Positions 1 to 9,026 are shown, counted from the first letter of the stretch. The stretch is DNA of 64,000 nt from Candidatus Methylomirabilota bacterium (GCA_046723475.1 JBKOUQ010000147.1:23487-87486); one strand, 5' to 3'. The notes: generated by a model not told the origin, from the sequence alone. A program made the numbers and translations.

Positions 1-153
1 TCCAAGGAGGCGGTGGCGGAGGCGCGCGAGCTCGTGGCCGCCTTCGCCGAGCACGCGGCCCGCGGCGCCTATGCGTTCCGCTTCAAGGGGCAGATGGTCG
101 ACGCGCCGCATCTGTCGCGCGCGCGGAAACTCATCGAGCGGGCCGGCGGCTGA
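1..153 (+). CDS. 3' end of an upstream CDS (partial, product unknown)
   Basis: Open frame from the window start ends with ...KLIERAGG then TGA at 151-153. High-GC codon usage is coherent with neighbouring genes. No recognisable motif. Confidence 0.35.
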   Translation, partial: SKEAVAEARELVAAFAEHAARGAYAFRFKGQMVDAPHLSRARKLIERAGG

Positions 154-161
154 CCACGCCG

Positions 162-1157
162 ATGCGCGCCATGGTGCTGCACGGCCAGGCGCCGATCGAG
201 CATGAGCCGCTGCGCGCCGAGGACCGCGCGCTTCCCACTCCGGCCGCCGACGAGCTGCTGATTCGCGTGCGTGCCTGCGGCGTGTGCCGCACCGATCTGC
301 ATCTCATCGAGGGCGATCTGCTGCCGCATCGCGCGCCGATCGTGCCGGGCCACCAGGTGGTCGGCGTCGTGGAAACGGCGCCGAGCGGCGCCGCGTTCGC
401 CGTGGGAGATCGCGTCGGCGTCGCATGGCTGCGCGGGACGTGCCTGCGCTGCGAGTACTGTACGTCGGGACGAGAGAATCTTTGTCGCGAGGCGCGCTTC
501 ACGGGATGGGACGCCGACGGCGGCTACGCGCAGTACGCGGCCGTGCCCGCCGCGTTCGCGTACGCGATTCCGGGCGCGTTCACCGACGTCGAGGCGGCCC
601 CGCTGCTGTGCGCCGGGATCATCGGCTTTCGCGCGCTCGAGCGCGCCGAGATGCCGCCGCGCGGCCGGCTCGGCCTCTGGGGCTTCGGGTCTTCCGCCCA
701 CGTCACGCTGCAGATCGCACGCGCGCGTGGCGCACGCGTGTACGTGTTCACGCGCGAGGGATCCCATCGCAAGCTCGCCGAAGATCTCGGCGCCGTCTGG
801 ACCGGCGACGTCGACGATGCGCCGCCCGAGCCGCTCGACTCGGCGATCGTCTTCGCGCCGGTTGGCGCGCTGGTGCCGGTGGCGCTCGAGCGGCTCGGGC
901 GCGGCGGCACGCTCGCGCTGGCCGGCATCTACATGACGCCGACGCCGCCGCTCGACTACACCCGCCACCTGTTCTACGAGCGTCAGGTTCGGTCGGTGAC
1001 CGCGAACACGCGAACGGACGGTGTGCGCCTGCTGGCCGAAGCCGCGCGCATTCCCGTGCGGCTCGCGACCACCACGTTTCCGCTCGACGACGCCAATCGC
1101 GCGCTGCAGGCGCTCAAGCAGGGCGAGTTCGCCGGCTCGGGCGTTCTGGTATCATGA
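162..1157 (+). CDS. Zn-dependent alcohol dehydrogenase (medium-chain dehydrogenase/reductase family)
   Basis: Track ORF of 331 aa. Contains GHQVVGVV, the structural-Zn Cys cluster CLRCEYCTSGRENLC, and a Rossmann GxGxxG-like LWGFGSSAHV. Confidence 0.9.
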   Translation: MRAMVLHGQAPIEHEPLRAEDRALPTPAADELLIRVRACGVCRTDLHLIEGDLLPHRAPIVPGHQVVGVVETAPSGAAFAVGDRVGVAWLRGTCLRCEYCTSGRENLCREARFTGWDADGGYAQYAAVPAAFAYAIPGAFTDVEAAPLLCAGIIGFRALERAEMPPRGRLGLWGFGSSAHVTLQIARARGARVYVFTREGSHRKLAEDLGAVWTGDVDDAPPEPLDSAIVFAPVGALVPVALERLGRGGTLALAGIYMTPTPPLDYTRHLFYERQVRSVTANTRTDGVRLLAEAARIPVRLATTTFPLDDANRALQALKQGEFAGSGVLVS

Positions 1158-1182
1158 CGCACCCATCGCAACGAGGCGATCC

Positions 1183-2466
1183 ATGAGTGATCAGAACGAT
1201 CTTCTCCAGCGCGCGGCGCGTGTGCTTCCCGGCGGCCTGCTCGGCAGTCATCGCTCGGGCCCCGGCCTCGAGTTCGTGGTTCGGCAGGGACGGGGCGCGT
1301 ATCTCTACGACGTCACCGGGCGCCGCTATCTCGACTACCTGCTCGGATCCGGCCCCATGCTGCTCGGCCACGCGCATCCGGCGGTGGTGGAGGCGGTGCA
1401 GCGACAGATGGAGCGCGGCACGTCGTACTTCGTGGTGAACGAGCCCGCCATCCGGCTGGCCGAGGAGATCGTGGCCGCGGTGCCGTGCGCGGAGCAGGTC
1501 CGCTACACCTCGAGCGGCAGCGAGGCGACGTTCTTCGCGCTCCGCGTCGCGCGCGCGTTCCGCAAGCGCGACAAGATCATGAAATTCGAAGGCGGCTTTC
1601 ACGGCACGCACGATTACGTGCTGATGAGCGTGTCGCCGCGCTCACCCAAGGCTTTTCCGGCGGCGTCACCCGACTCGGCCGGAATCCCGCCCGCGATCGA
1701 CGGCGAAGTGCTGGTGGCGCCCTACAACGATCTCGCGACCACCGAGGCGCTGATCGACGCGCACCACGACGAGCTCGCCGCCGTCATCGTCGAGCCCTAC
1801 CAGCGGACGATTCCTCCCGCGCCCGGCTTCCTCGAAGGTTTGCGGCGAGCGACGCAGCGGCACGGCGTGGTGCTCGTGTTCGACGAGATCGTCACGGGAT
1901 TTCGCTTCGCGTACGGCGGCGCCCAGGAGTTCTACGGCGTCGTGCCCGATCTCGCCGCGTTCGGCAAGGTCGTGGCGGGCGGCTTTCCGCTCGCGTGTAT
2001 CGCGGGGCCGGCGACGATCATGCGCCACTTCGATGCCGCGCTCGAGGGCACGCCGGACTACGTCTGGCAGGCCGGGACGTTCAACGGCAACGCCATCGCC
2101 GCGGCCGCCGGGCTCGCCACGCTCGGTGAGCTGCGCAAGCCCGGCACCTACGAGCGTCTGTTCGCCACCGGCGCGCGCCTGAAGGCCGGCCTGCAGGCCG
2201 CCGTCACCAAGCACGGCGTCGCTGCGCAGGTGAGCGGCGAGCCGCCGGTGTTCGACGTGTTCTTTACCGATCGCCCGCTCGTGGATTACCGCGCCACGCT
2301 CACCGCGGATCGCGCGAGGCTCACGCGCTTCAACCAGGAGCTGCTGCGCCGCGGTCTGGTGAAGGCCGTGAACAAAATCTACGTCTCGCTCGCCCACTCC
2401 GACGCCGACGTCAGTGAGACGATCGGCATCTTCGACGAGGTGCTCGCCGCGCTCGCGCGCGGCTGA
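1183..2466 (+). CDS. Class-III (PLP-dependent) aminotransferase, glutamate-1-semialdehyde aminomutase-like
   Basis: Internal ATG (aa 55 of the track ORF) gives MSDQNDLLQRAARVLPGG..GSGPMLLGHAHP, a typical HemL-like N-terminus. FDEIVTGFR matches the fold. Start follows the ADH stop after a short spacer. Confidence 0.85.
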   Translation: MSDQNDLLQRAARVLPGGLLGSHRSGPGLEFVVRQGRGAYLYDVTGRRYLDYLLGSGPMLLGHAHPAVVEAVQRQMERGTSYFVVNEPAIRLAEEIVAAVPCAEQVRYTSSGSEATFFALRVARAFRKRDKIMKFEGGFHGTHDYVLMSVSPRSPKAFPAASPDSAGIPPAIDGEVLVAPYNDLATTEALIDAHHDELAAVIVEPYQRTIPPAPGFLEGLRRATQRHGVVLVFDEIVTGFRFAYGGAQEFYGVVPDLAAFGKVVAGGFPLACIAGPATIMRHFDAALEGTPDYVWQAGTFNGNAIAAAAGLATLGELRKPGTYERLFATGARLKAGLQAAVTKHGVAAQVSGEPPVFDVFFTDRPLVDYRATLTADRARLTRFNQELLRRGLVKAVNKIYVSLAHSDADVSETIGIFDEVLAALARG

Positions 2467-2488
2467 CCTCGACCCCACGGAGGCCCGC

Positions 2489-4114
2489 ATGGACCTCAGT
2501 CGACGTGATCTCATCGTTGCTGGCGCCACACTGGCCGCGTCCGCGCTGACCCCGCGCTCGGCGCGCGCGCAGACGCCGCGGCGTGGCGGCACGCTCAGCC
2601 TTCGCCTCTGGGATCCGCCGCACTGGGACCTCGACGGCACGATCTCGTACAAGACCCACATCGCGCAGACGTTCACGCACAGCCGCCTCGTGAAGCACAA
2701 GGCGGGGCCCGGCGTGGCACCGGGGACGCTCGCGATCGAAGGCGATCTGGCGGAGTCGTGGACGCAGCCGAACGAGACGACGTACGTGTTCAAGCTGCGA
2801 CGCGGCGTCCGCTGGCACAACAAGCCTCCGGTGAATGGCCGCGAGCTAACGGCCGAGGACGTGCGCTATACCGTCGAGCGCTTTCTCACCGTCAAAGGCA
2901 ACGCGAACGCCTACATGCTGCGCTCGGTGGACAAGGTCGAGCCACTCGACAAATACACCGTGAAGTTCACGCTCAAGGAGCCGTTTGCGTGGTTTCTCGA
3001 CATGCTCGCGAACCCCATGGCCCTGGCGATCGTCGCGAAAGAAGTCGTGGACAAGTACGGTGACCTCAAGCCGTGGGAGTCGGTGATCGGGACCGGACCG
3101 TGGATGCTCGACAGCTACCGCCCGAACATCGGCTACACCTACGTTCGTAATCCTGCCTACTTCGTCGCGGGCCAACCCTACATCGACCGCATCGAAGTGA
3201 CCATCGATGAGGACAATGCCTCTCGCACGGCCTCGTTCCTCGCCGGCAAGTACGATCTTGGCTGGGAGCTTCCCGGTGGGATCAATCGCTCGGATTGGGT
3301 CCAGCTGCGCGACACACTCAAGATCAAGCGACCGAATTTGCGGGTCGTCGAATTTCCCGGCAACGTGGGCAACCACATCTCGATGCGCGTCGACCAGAAG
3401 CCGTTCAACGACGTGCGCGTGCGCCAGGCGATGTCGATGGCGCTCGACCGCAAGACGCTGGTCGACACGCTGTACGAGGGCGCGGGTGTGGCGAACCCGC
3501 CCGGCGTGCCGCTGGCGCTGAAGGACTGGTCGCTGCCGGTGGACCAGCTCGGCGAAGGCGCCAAGAACTTCGCGTATGACCCGAAGGAAGCCAAGCGGCT
3601 CCTGAGCGCCGCTGGGTATCCGAACGGCTTTCCGGCGACGATCTGCTGGACGACGTACGGCAGCCCGGTCGTCGTCGACCACGCGCAGCTCATCGTGAAA
3701 TACCTCAAGGACGTCGGCATCGACGCCAAGCTCGACACCAAGGAGTACGGTGCGTACATTTCAACGTGCTTCTACGGCAAATTCGATTCGCTGGCGTTCG
3801 GGCCCCAGACGCCGTTCCTCGACGGCGACAATTACCTGTTCGGCTATTACTATCCCGGCGAGATGAAGAATCAGAGCCACGTCAACGACCCCGTGGTGGC
3901 CGACATGCTCGTGCGCCAACGGCGGACGTTCGACGTCGCGAAGCGCCGCGAGCTGATTCACGACACTCAGCGTTATCTGGCGAAGCAGGTGTACTACACG
4001 ACGTCGGTCGGGACGATGTACACGACGCTGTCGGACGGCGCGCTGAAAAACTATGGCCCGAACCTCGGCTACGACTACGGCGGTCGGCTGGTGGCCGCCT
4101 GGCTGGATCGCTGA
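2489..4114 (+). CDS. ABC transporter substrate-binding protein, family 5 (peptide/nickel type), Tat signal
   Basis: MDLSRRDLIVAGATLAASAL is a twin-arginine signal. Length ~540 aa and Dpp/Opp-SBP-like sequence throughout. Start is at aa 26 of the track ORF. Confidence 0.9.
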   Translation: MDLSRRDLIVAGATLAASALTPRSARAQTPRRGGTLSLRLWDPPHWDLDGTISYKTHIAQTFTHSRLVKHKAGPGVAPGTLAIEGDLAESWTQPNETTYVFKLRRGVRWHNKPPVNGRELTAEDVRYTVERFLTVKGNANAYMLRSVDKVEPLDKYTVKFTLKEPFAWFLDMLANPMALAIVAKEVVDKYGDLKPWESVIGTGPWMLDSYRPNIGYTYVRNPAYFVAGQPYIDRIEVTIDEDNASRTASFLAGKYDLGWELPGGINRSDWVQLRDTLKIKRPNLRVVEFPGNVGNHISMRVDQKPFNDVRVRQAMSMALDRKTLVDTLYEGAGVANPPGVPLALKDWSLPVDQLGEGAKNFAYDPKEAKRLLSAAGYPNGFPATICWTTYGSPVVVDHAQLIVKYLKDVGIDAKLDTKEYGAYISTCFYGKFDSLAFGPQTPFLDGDNYLFGYYYPGEMKNQSHVNDPVVADMLVRQRRTFDVAKRRELIHDTQRYLAKQVYYTTSVGTMYTTLSDGALKNYGPNLGYDYGGRLVAAWLDR

Positions 4115-4136
4115 GGCGCCGCGAGGCGACCCCCGC

Positions 4137-5081
4137 GTGTTGAGGCGGTATCTCGCCCGGCGGCTCGTCGTCGCGATCCCCTCGCTGCTGATCGCGAGCG
4201 CGATCGTGTTCGCGCTACCGCGACTCATTCCCGGCGACGCCGTGCAGCTCATGCTCGCCGAGACGTCGTACGCGAAGGATATCGACGAGCTGCGCGCGAA
4301 GCTCGGGCTGGACCGGCCGTTTTACGTGCAGTATGTCGACTGGCTCGGACGCGCCGTCCGCGGCGATCTCGGCGAGTCGCTGTGGACGCGACGCCCGGTG
4401 CTGCAGGAGCTCGCACAGCGGCTGCCCGTCACCGGCGAGCTCGCCGCATACGCCACCGTCGTCGCGCTGCTCATCTCGTTGCCGATTGGGGTGCTGGCCG
4501 CCGCGCGTCAGGACAGTCTCGCCGACTACGTCGTCCGGAGCCTTGCCATCCTCGGGTTGTCGGTCCCGGCGTTCTGGCTGGCCACGTTGCTGATCGTGCT
4601 CCCGGCGATCTGGTGGGGCTGGCGGCCGCTCACGGGGTATGTGGAGTTCCGCGCCGATCCGGTCGCCCACGTCACGCAGCTGCTGCTGCCCGCGGCGATC
4701 CTCGGTATCGCGACGGCCGCGGCGCTCATGCGTCTGACCCGCGGCATGCTGCTCGAGGTGCTGCGCCAGGACTACGTGCGCACGGCGTGGGCCAAAGGCC
4801 TGGCCGAGCGCGCCGTCGTCGTCAAGCACGGGCTGCGCAACGCCGTCATCCCGGTCGTCACGCTGCTCGGCACGCAGCTGCCGCAGATCTTCGGCGGCAC
4901 CGTCGTGATCGAGACGATCTTCGGGTTGCCGGGCGTCAGTCGGTTTCTGTTCGACGCGATCAACCAGCGCGACTACCCGGTGATCCAGGGCGTGAATCTG
5001 CTGGTCGTCTCCACGGTCGTCGTCGTCAACCTGGCGGTGGACACGCTGTATGCGGTCCTCGACCCGCGGATTCGGTATTGA
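4137..5081 (+). CDS. ABC transporter permease (DppB/OppB-like)
   Basis: VLRRYLARRLVVAIPSLLIASAIVFALPRLIPGD is a canonical DppB N-terminus, with multi-TM topology. GTG/TTG start at aa 29-30 of the track ORF. Confidence 0.85.
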   Translation: MLRRYLARRLVVAIPSLLIASAIVFALPRLIPGDAVQLMLAETSYAKDIDELRAKLGLDRPFYVQYVDWLGRAVRGDLGESLWTRRPVLQELAQRLPVTGELAAYATVVALLISLPIGVLAAARQDSLADYVVRSLAILGLSVPAFWLATLLIVLPAIWWGWRPLTGYVEFRADPVAHVTQLLLPAAILGIATAAALMRLTRGMLLEVLRQDYVRTAWAKGLAERAVVVKHGLRNAVIPVVTLLGTQLPQIFGGTVVIETIFGLPGVSRFLFDAINQRDYPVIQGVNLLVVSTVVVVNLAVDTLYAVLDPRIRY

Positions 5082-6001
5082 GCGCAACACGGTCGGCCGC
5101 GCTCGAGCTCAACGGCGCGACGCCGGCCGGCGCACGTCCGCGGACGGCCGTCGTCCGTGGGACGCGGGCGGTGGCGCTCTTCGTCCGGCGCAAGCCGCTC
5201 GGCGCGATCGGCGCCGTGATCGTGGTCGCGATGCTGGTAATGGCGCTGTTCGCCGAGCAGATCGCGCCGTACCGGTACGACGAGACCGTTCGCGGCGCGC
5301 GGATGAAGCCGCCGAGCGCCGCCCACTGGCTCGGCACCGACAACCTCAGCCGCGACATGTGGAGTCGCATCGTGTACGGCGCGCGCGTCTCCATCACCGT
5401 GGGCTTTGGGACGATCGCGCTCGCCATCTCGGTCGCCACCGCGGTCGGCGTGCTCAGCGCGTACTTCGGCGGCCTGTGGGACCTCGGGGTGCAGCGCGTG
5501 GTCGACGCGTGGCTGTCCTTTCCCTATCTCGTCATCATCCTCTCGGTGATGGCGGTGCTCGGGCCGGGACGGCTCAATCTGATCGTGTCGGTGGCGATCA
5601 TTCTGGCGGCGACGAACTCGCGCGTCATCCGGGGCACGACGCTGACCGTGATGCAGAGCCAGTTCGTCGAAGCCGCACGCGCGATGGGATGCGGTCACGC
5701 GCGGATCATCGTGCGCCACCTGCTGCCGAACATCACCGCGACGATCATCATCCTGGCGACGATCGGGCTCGGCGCCGTCATCCTGGCCGAGTCCGCGCTG
5801 TCGTTTCTCGGCTTCGGCGTTCCACCGCCGTATCCGTCATGGGGCGCGATGCTGTCGGGCTCCGGGCGCACGTACATGCTGCGCGCGCCGTGGATGGCCG
5901 TCTGGCCCGGCGTCGCGATTTCGCTCGCGGTGTTCGGCTTCAACATGCTGGGCGATGCGCTGCGCGACGTGCTCGATCCACGGCTGCGCGGCGGACGCTG
6001 A
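5078..6001 (+). CDS. ABC transporter permease (DppC/OppC-like)
   Basis: Sequence ...FVRRKPLGAIGAVIVVAMLVMALFAEQIAPY...LGTDNLSRDMWSRIVYGARVS fits the DppC family. A TTG start overlaps the upstream stop (TTGA), but the exact start is uncertain. Confidence 0.8.
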   Translation: MSATRSAALELNGATPAGARPRTAVVRGTRAVALFVRRKPLGAIGAVIVVAMLVMALFAEQIAPYRYDETVRGARMKPPSAAHWLGTDNLSRDMWSRIVYGARVSITVGFGTIALAISVATAVGVLSAYFGGLWDLGVQRVVDAWLSFPYLVIILSVMAVLGPGRLNLIVSVAIILAATNSRVIRGTTLTVMQSQFVEAARAMGCGHARIIVRHLLPNITATIIILATIGLGAVILAESALSFLGFGVPPPYPSWGAMLSGSGRTYMLRAPWMAVWPGVAISLAVFGFNMLGDALRDVLDPRLRGGR

Positions 6002-6244
6002 GTCGGTTGACGGAGGACGCTGACCCGCTTGACGGCGACGCGCAAGCGGAGTAGACCGGAGCTACGGCGACGGGGAAGTTCTTCGTTGCCGTCGAGGGCA
6101 ACTCCAATCCAGGAGGTGTGGATGGAGAACGCTCCACCGGACTCGCAGGTCGCGTCGCGCTCCGCCTGCTAGCGGCGACGCGCGGCGCCCAGACCCTCGG
6201 TAGTCGACACGCTCCGGCGCACGTCGGAGCGCACGGCAACATGC

Positions 6245-6292
6245 CGTGCAGGAAACAAGGGGAGTACCGCGGGCGGCATTGCCCGCCCGCGG
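6245..6292 (-). terminator. Putative intrinsic terminator for the minus-strand small-ORF pair
   Basis: Perfect 10-bp GC stem ccgcgggcgg/ccgcccgcgg (6267-6292) with a 6-nt loop. On the minus strand it is followed by the U-rich tract CUUGUUUCC. Confidence 0.35.
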
Positions 6293-6307
6293 CCCCCGCA
6301 CCCACCC

Positions 6308-6345
6308 TAGTTTTGACCTTCGATTCTAGTTTTGACCTTCGATTC
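6308..6345. repeat. Perfect tandem direct repeat, 2 x 19 bp (tagttttgaccttcgattc)
   Basis: Seen directly at 6308-6326 and 6327-6345. It lies inside the lower-GC island and overlaps the stop of the 97-aa minus-strand ORF. Confidence 0.9.
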
Positions 6346-6619
6346 TGACCCGCGCGAGCGCGGATTGGAGCAGCCCCGAATACCAGTCGCGGGTCTCGAT
6401 CACGAGCGCGACGGCCATGCCGCGGAGGACGGTGAACGTGTGAACGATCTGTCCCTCAGGTCCGTTGTCCGAGGGCTGTGGGTCGTTCATGCTTGTGTCG
6501 GGGTGCAACGGCAGTGCCACGCGTAGATGTCCGAAATCACGTGAGCACCGATACGCGAACAGCATCTCGCGACGCAATCTCCTGCACGAAGGTCGGAAGC
6601 CAACTGTGCTTTCGGTCAC
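6326..6619 (-). CDS. Hypothetical protein (97 aa), translationally coupled to the upstream Cys-rich ORF
   Basis: Its GTG start overlaps the upstream stop (GTGA). It ends inside the 19-bp repeat and is followed by the hairpin terminator. No recognised domain. Confidence 0.35.
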   Translation of the reverse strand: MTESTVGFRPSCRRLRREMLFAYRCSRDFGHLRVALPLHPDTSMNDPQPSDNGPEGQIVHTFTVLRGMAVALVIETRDWYSGLLQSALARVRIEGQN

Positions 6620-6804
6620 GCCGCGCGCACAGCAGCGCAGCGACCGCAGCGCTTGCGGTCGAGCTCGACCCGATTGCGCAGCGGTCCCTGACAGGCAGTG
6701 CAGCGAGCGTCACGGAGCTGGACGTGATGTGCGCGGCAGGCGCCGGTGGATTCCTTCTCGGCGTGACGAGTGCAGCCGTCCCAAACACATTTTCCGAACG
6801 TCAT
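6616..6804 (-). CDS. Small Cys-rich protein (62 aa), predicted Zn-ribbon
   Basis: Strong RBS GGGAGGA sits 5 nt upstream of ATG 6804. Motifs are C-x4-C ... C-x-HH and C-x2-C-x14-C-x2-C. GC is lower than the genome average. Confidence 0.45.
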   Translation of the reverse strand: MTFGKCVWDGCTRHAEKESTGACRAHHVQLRDARCTACQGPLRNRVELDRKRCGRCAAVRAA

Positions 6805-6949
6805 TCAGGTCCTCCCTGCGCCGAAGCGCGCGAAAATGTCGCGGCGACAGTGCAAGCGATGTGCCCGGAGACGTCGTTCGACGCTGCCGCACGTTGGCGT
6901 GCGGGTGGGCGCGTCGGCAGAGAACTTTCTTTCCCACTTCGGAGCCAGA

Positions 6950-7936
6950 GTGACGACTGATTTGTTCCTCGCATCGGCGGGAATCGACGCGCTCGTACTC
7001 GAACGCGCGGTGCCGCCGAGCTGCTGGCGCGGCGTCGAGCCAGCGCCGATGGGGATGCGCGACGGCGGCGACACGCTGCTGACGTTTCCGACGTGGACGC
7101 CGCGGCGTGCCGCTGTGCACATTCTGCCGTCGTTCGCGCCCCTGACCGACGCGCCGGTCGCATTTCGGTTCGAGCTCGCGGTGCGCGCGGATGGCGAGTG
7201 GTCGCCGTGGGTTACCACGGCGACGATCGGTGATGCACAGTTCGGGTCGTTGCCGTCTGCGGCGCCCGCCTTGGCGTGTGACGTCGATGTATTTCGTACC
7301 GCACGGCCGGTCGATGCGGTTCGGCTTCGCGTACGCGTTCGCGCCGCCGTGAGCGCGCCGTGGCTGGTCGCGTTGTCGGCGGCAGACGAGGGGCCGGGCG
7401 ATGGGCTGGCCACCGCCGGGGTGGCGGTGCCGCTCGCCGTCCCGTCGCTCAGCCAGATGCAAGCCGATGCGACGCTCGGCGCGCGCATTTGCTCGCCGAC
7501 CAGCGTGGCGATGGTGCTGGGCTACTGGGGCCGCCGCGTGACGCCGACGGCGCTGGCTGCGGAGACGTTCCATCCGGCGCTCGACATCTACGGCGTGTGG
7601 CCCGCCGCGGTGCGTGCCGCCGCCGCGCGCGGCGTGGCCGGGTATCTGCTCCGTTTTCCAGACTGGGCTGCTGTGCGCTGGTGTCTGTCCCAGGGGATTC
7701 CGATCGTCGCGTCGGTGCGCTATGCGGCGGGGGACCTCACCGGCGCCGCGGTCGCCGCCACACCGGGACATCTGCTCGTGCTCACCGGCCTCGAAGACGA
7801 TGCGGTGCTTGCGAACGATCCCGCCGCTGCCACCGACAGTGCCGTTCCGCGCCGCTATCGCGCCGACGAATTCGGCCGCGTCTGGCTCGCGCGTGGTGGC
7901 GTCGGCTACGTCCTGTTCGACCCGGCTCGGCTCTAG
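6950..7936 (+). CDS. Papain-like cysteine peptidase, C39-like (Peptidase_C39_2 / YvpB-type) with an N-terminal domain of unknown function
   Basis: ARICSPTSVAMVLGYWG matches the catalytic Cys motif (NCGPTSLAMVL...Y.G) of C39-like peptidases. Start is uncertain, with candidates at 6836, 6893-6905 and GTG 6950. The GC-rich coding signal begins near 6890-6950. Confidence 0.7.
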   Translation: MTTDLFLASAGIDALVLERAVPPSCWRGVEPAPMGMRDGGDTLLTFPTWTPRRAAVHILPSFAPLTDAPVAFRFELAVRADGEWSPWVTTATIGDAQFGSLPSAAPALACDVDVFRTARPVDAVRLRVRVRAAVSAPWLVALSAADEGPGDGLATAGVAVPLAVPSLSQMQADATLGARICSPTSVAMVLGYWGRRVTPTALAAETFHPALDIYGVWPAAVRAAAARGVAGYLLRFPDWAAVRWCLSQGIPIVASVRYAAGDLTGAAVAATPGHLLVLTGLEDDAVLANDPAAATDSAVPRRYRADEFGRVWLARGGVGYVLFDPARL

Positions 7937-7998
7937 CTCGCGGCTCTCGCATCGGGTACGGCGAGCCGCGACGCGCTCCGCCAGTTGGGCGGCGCGGG

Positions 7999-8703
7999 CT
8001 AGAGGTGCGTGAGGCGCTCTTGAGGCGGCGGTGTTTCGCGGCGCAGACGACGGCGGATGAGCTCGGCCGCGATGTGGCGCCCACCGAGGCCGAAGGCGAG
8101 CGCGAGCGTGAGCACGAGTCCGCCGAACGTGATCCCGAAGGCGACGAGCACCATCTCCTTGCCGATGCCCAGGTGCGTGAGCGCCGTCGCTACGGTGAAC
8201 AGCACGACGGCCCAGTGCGCGACGCGCGACAGCAGCCGCGCCTCGGGCAGCCGCGCGTTCACCGCCGCGATGAGAATCGTGCGGCTCATGAAGTTCGCGA
8301 GCAGCCAGCCCGCGACGAGAATCAGCGATGCCGCGAAGAGCGGCGGCAAGAAGGCGAGAAGGAGTCCCGTGACGCTGTAGCCGCCGGGCGCCGCGACAGC
8401 GTCGACGCCGGAGCTGGCGAAAATCAAGAAGATCGCCCAGAAGCCGAGCATGCCGAGCACACCGGAAGGCGGTCGCTGCACGCCGGAGCGGCGAAGCGAC
8501 GCGGCGATGCCCCAGCGCTCCATCACGCGGTCGAAGCCGAACGCGCACGCGCCGCGCTCGAGCACGACCTTGGCGACCCACCCGAGCCCGAGACCGAAAC
8601 CGAGCAACACGACGAGGACGAAGAGCCCGGGCAGGATGGCCGCGAGTCGTTCGCGCGTTGCGACGAGAGCGGACCAGACTCCGTCACCCCAGCGATCGCG
8701 CAT
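7999..8703 (-). CDS. Integral membrane protein (multi-TM, MscS-N-terminal/TM-helix-repeat-like)
   Basis: 234 aa with about 6 hydrophobic helices and an Arg-rich C-terminal tail. No catalytic motif. Confidence 0.55.
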   Translation of the reverse strand: MRDRWGDGVWSALVATRERLAAILPGLFVLVVLLGFGLGLGWVAKVVLERGACAFGFDRVMERWGIAASLRRSGVQRPPSGVLGMLGFWAIFLIFASSGVDAVAAPGGYSVTGLLLAFLPPLFAASLILVAGWLLANFMSRTILIAAVNARLPEARLLSRVAHWAVVLFTVATALTHLGIGKEMVLVAFGITFGGLVLTLALAFGLGGRHIAAELIRRRLRRETPPPQERLTHL

Positions 8704-8747
8704 GGACGGTTACCACTGAAAGCCTACACCCTGTACAATGCGGCGCA

Positions 8748-9020
8748 ATGCGAACGCCCTGGCTCAGCGTGGCGCTGGCCGCCTTGGCGATCACGGCGCT
8801 CAGTGCCTGTGCCGTCGAGAAACAGTGGATGAAGGTTGGGGAGCCGTACACGACGGCGGAGTTTCGACGCGACTACGCCGAGTGCTCCAAGAAGACCGGC
8901 GAGCTGGACGAAGATTGCTTGCGCGCGCGCGGGTGGGTCGATGTCAAGCCGACGAAAGCCGATCGGGCTGCGGACGCCCCGCCGTCACCGTCGTCCCAGA
9001 ACCCCCGCTATCGAAGGTGA
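8748..9020 (+). CDS. Small lipoprotein
   Basis: MRTPWLSVALAALAITALSAC is a signal peptide plus lipobox (LSAC). Start is the internal ATG of the track ORF. Confidence 0.55.
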   Translation: MRTPWLSVALAALAITALSACAVEKQWMKVGEPYTTAEFRRDYAECSKKTGELDEDCLRARGWVDVKPTKADRAADAPPSPSSQNPRYRR

Positions 9021-9026
9021 GCTGAC

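Noticed and set aside
6300-6350. tRNA or tmRNA 3'-end-like sequence (TTCGATTC T-loop motif) in the 19-bp repeat
   Set aside because: No complementary T-stem or acceptor stem and no CCA context could be built. A tmRNA or SRP RNA comparison by eye did not fit.
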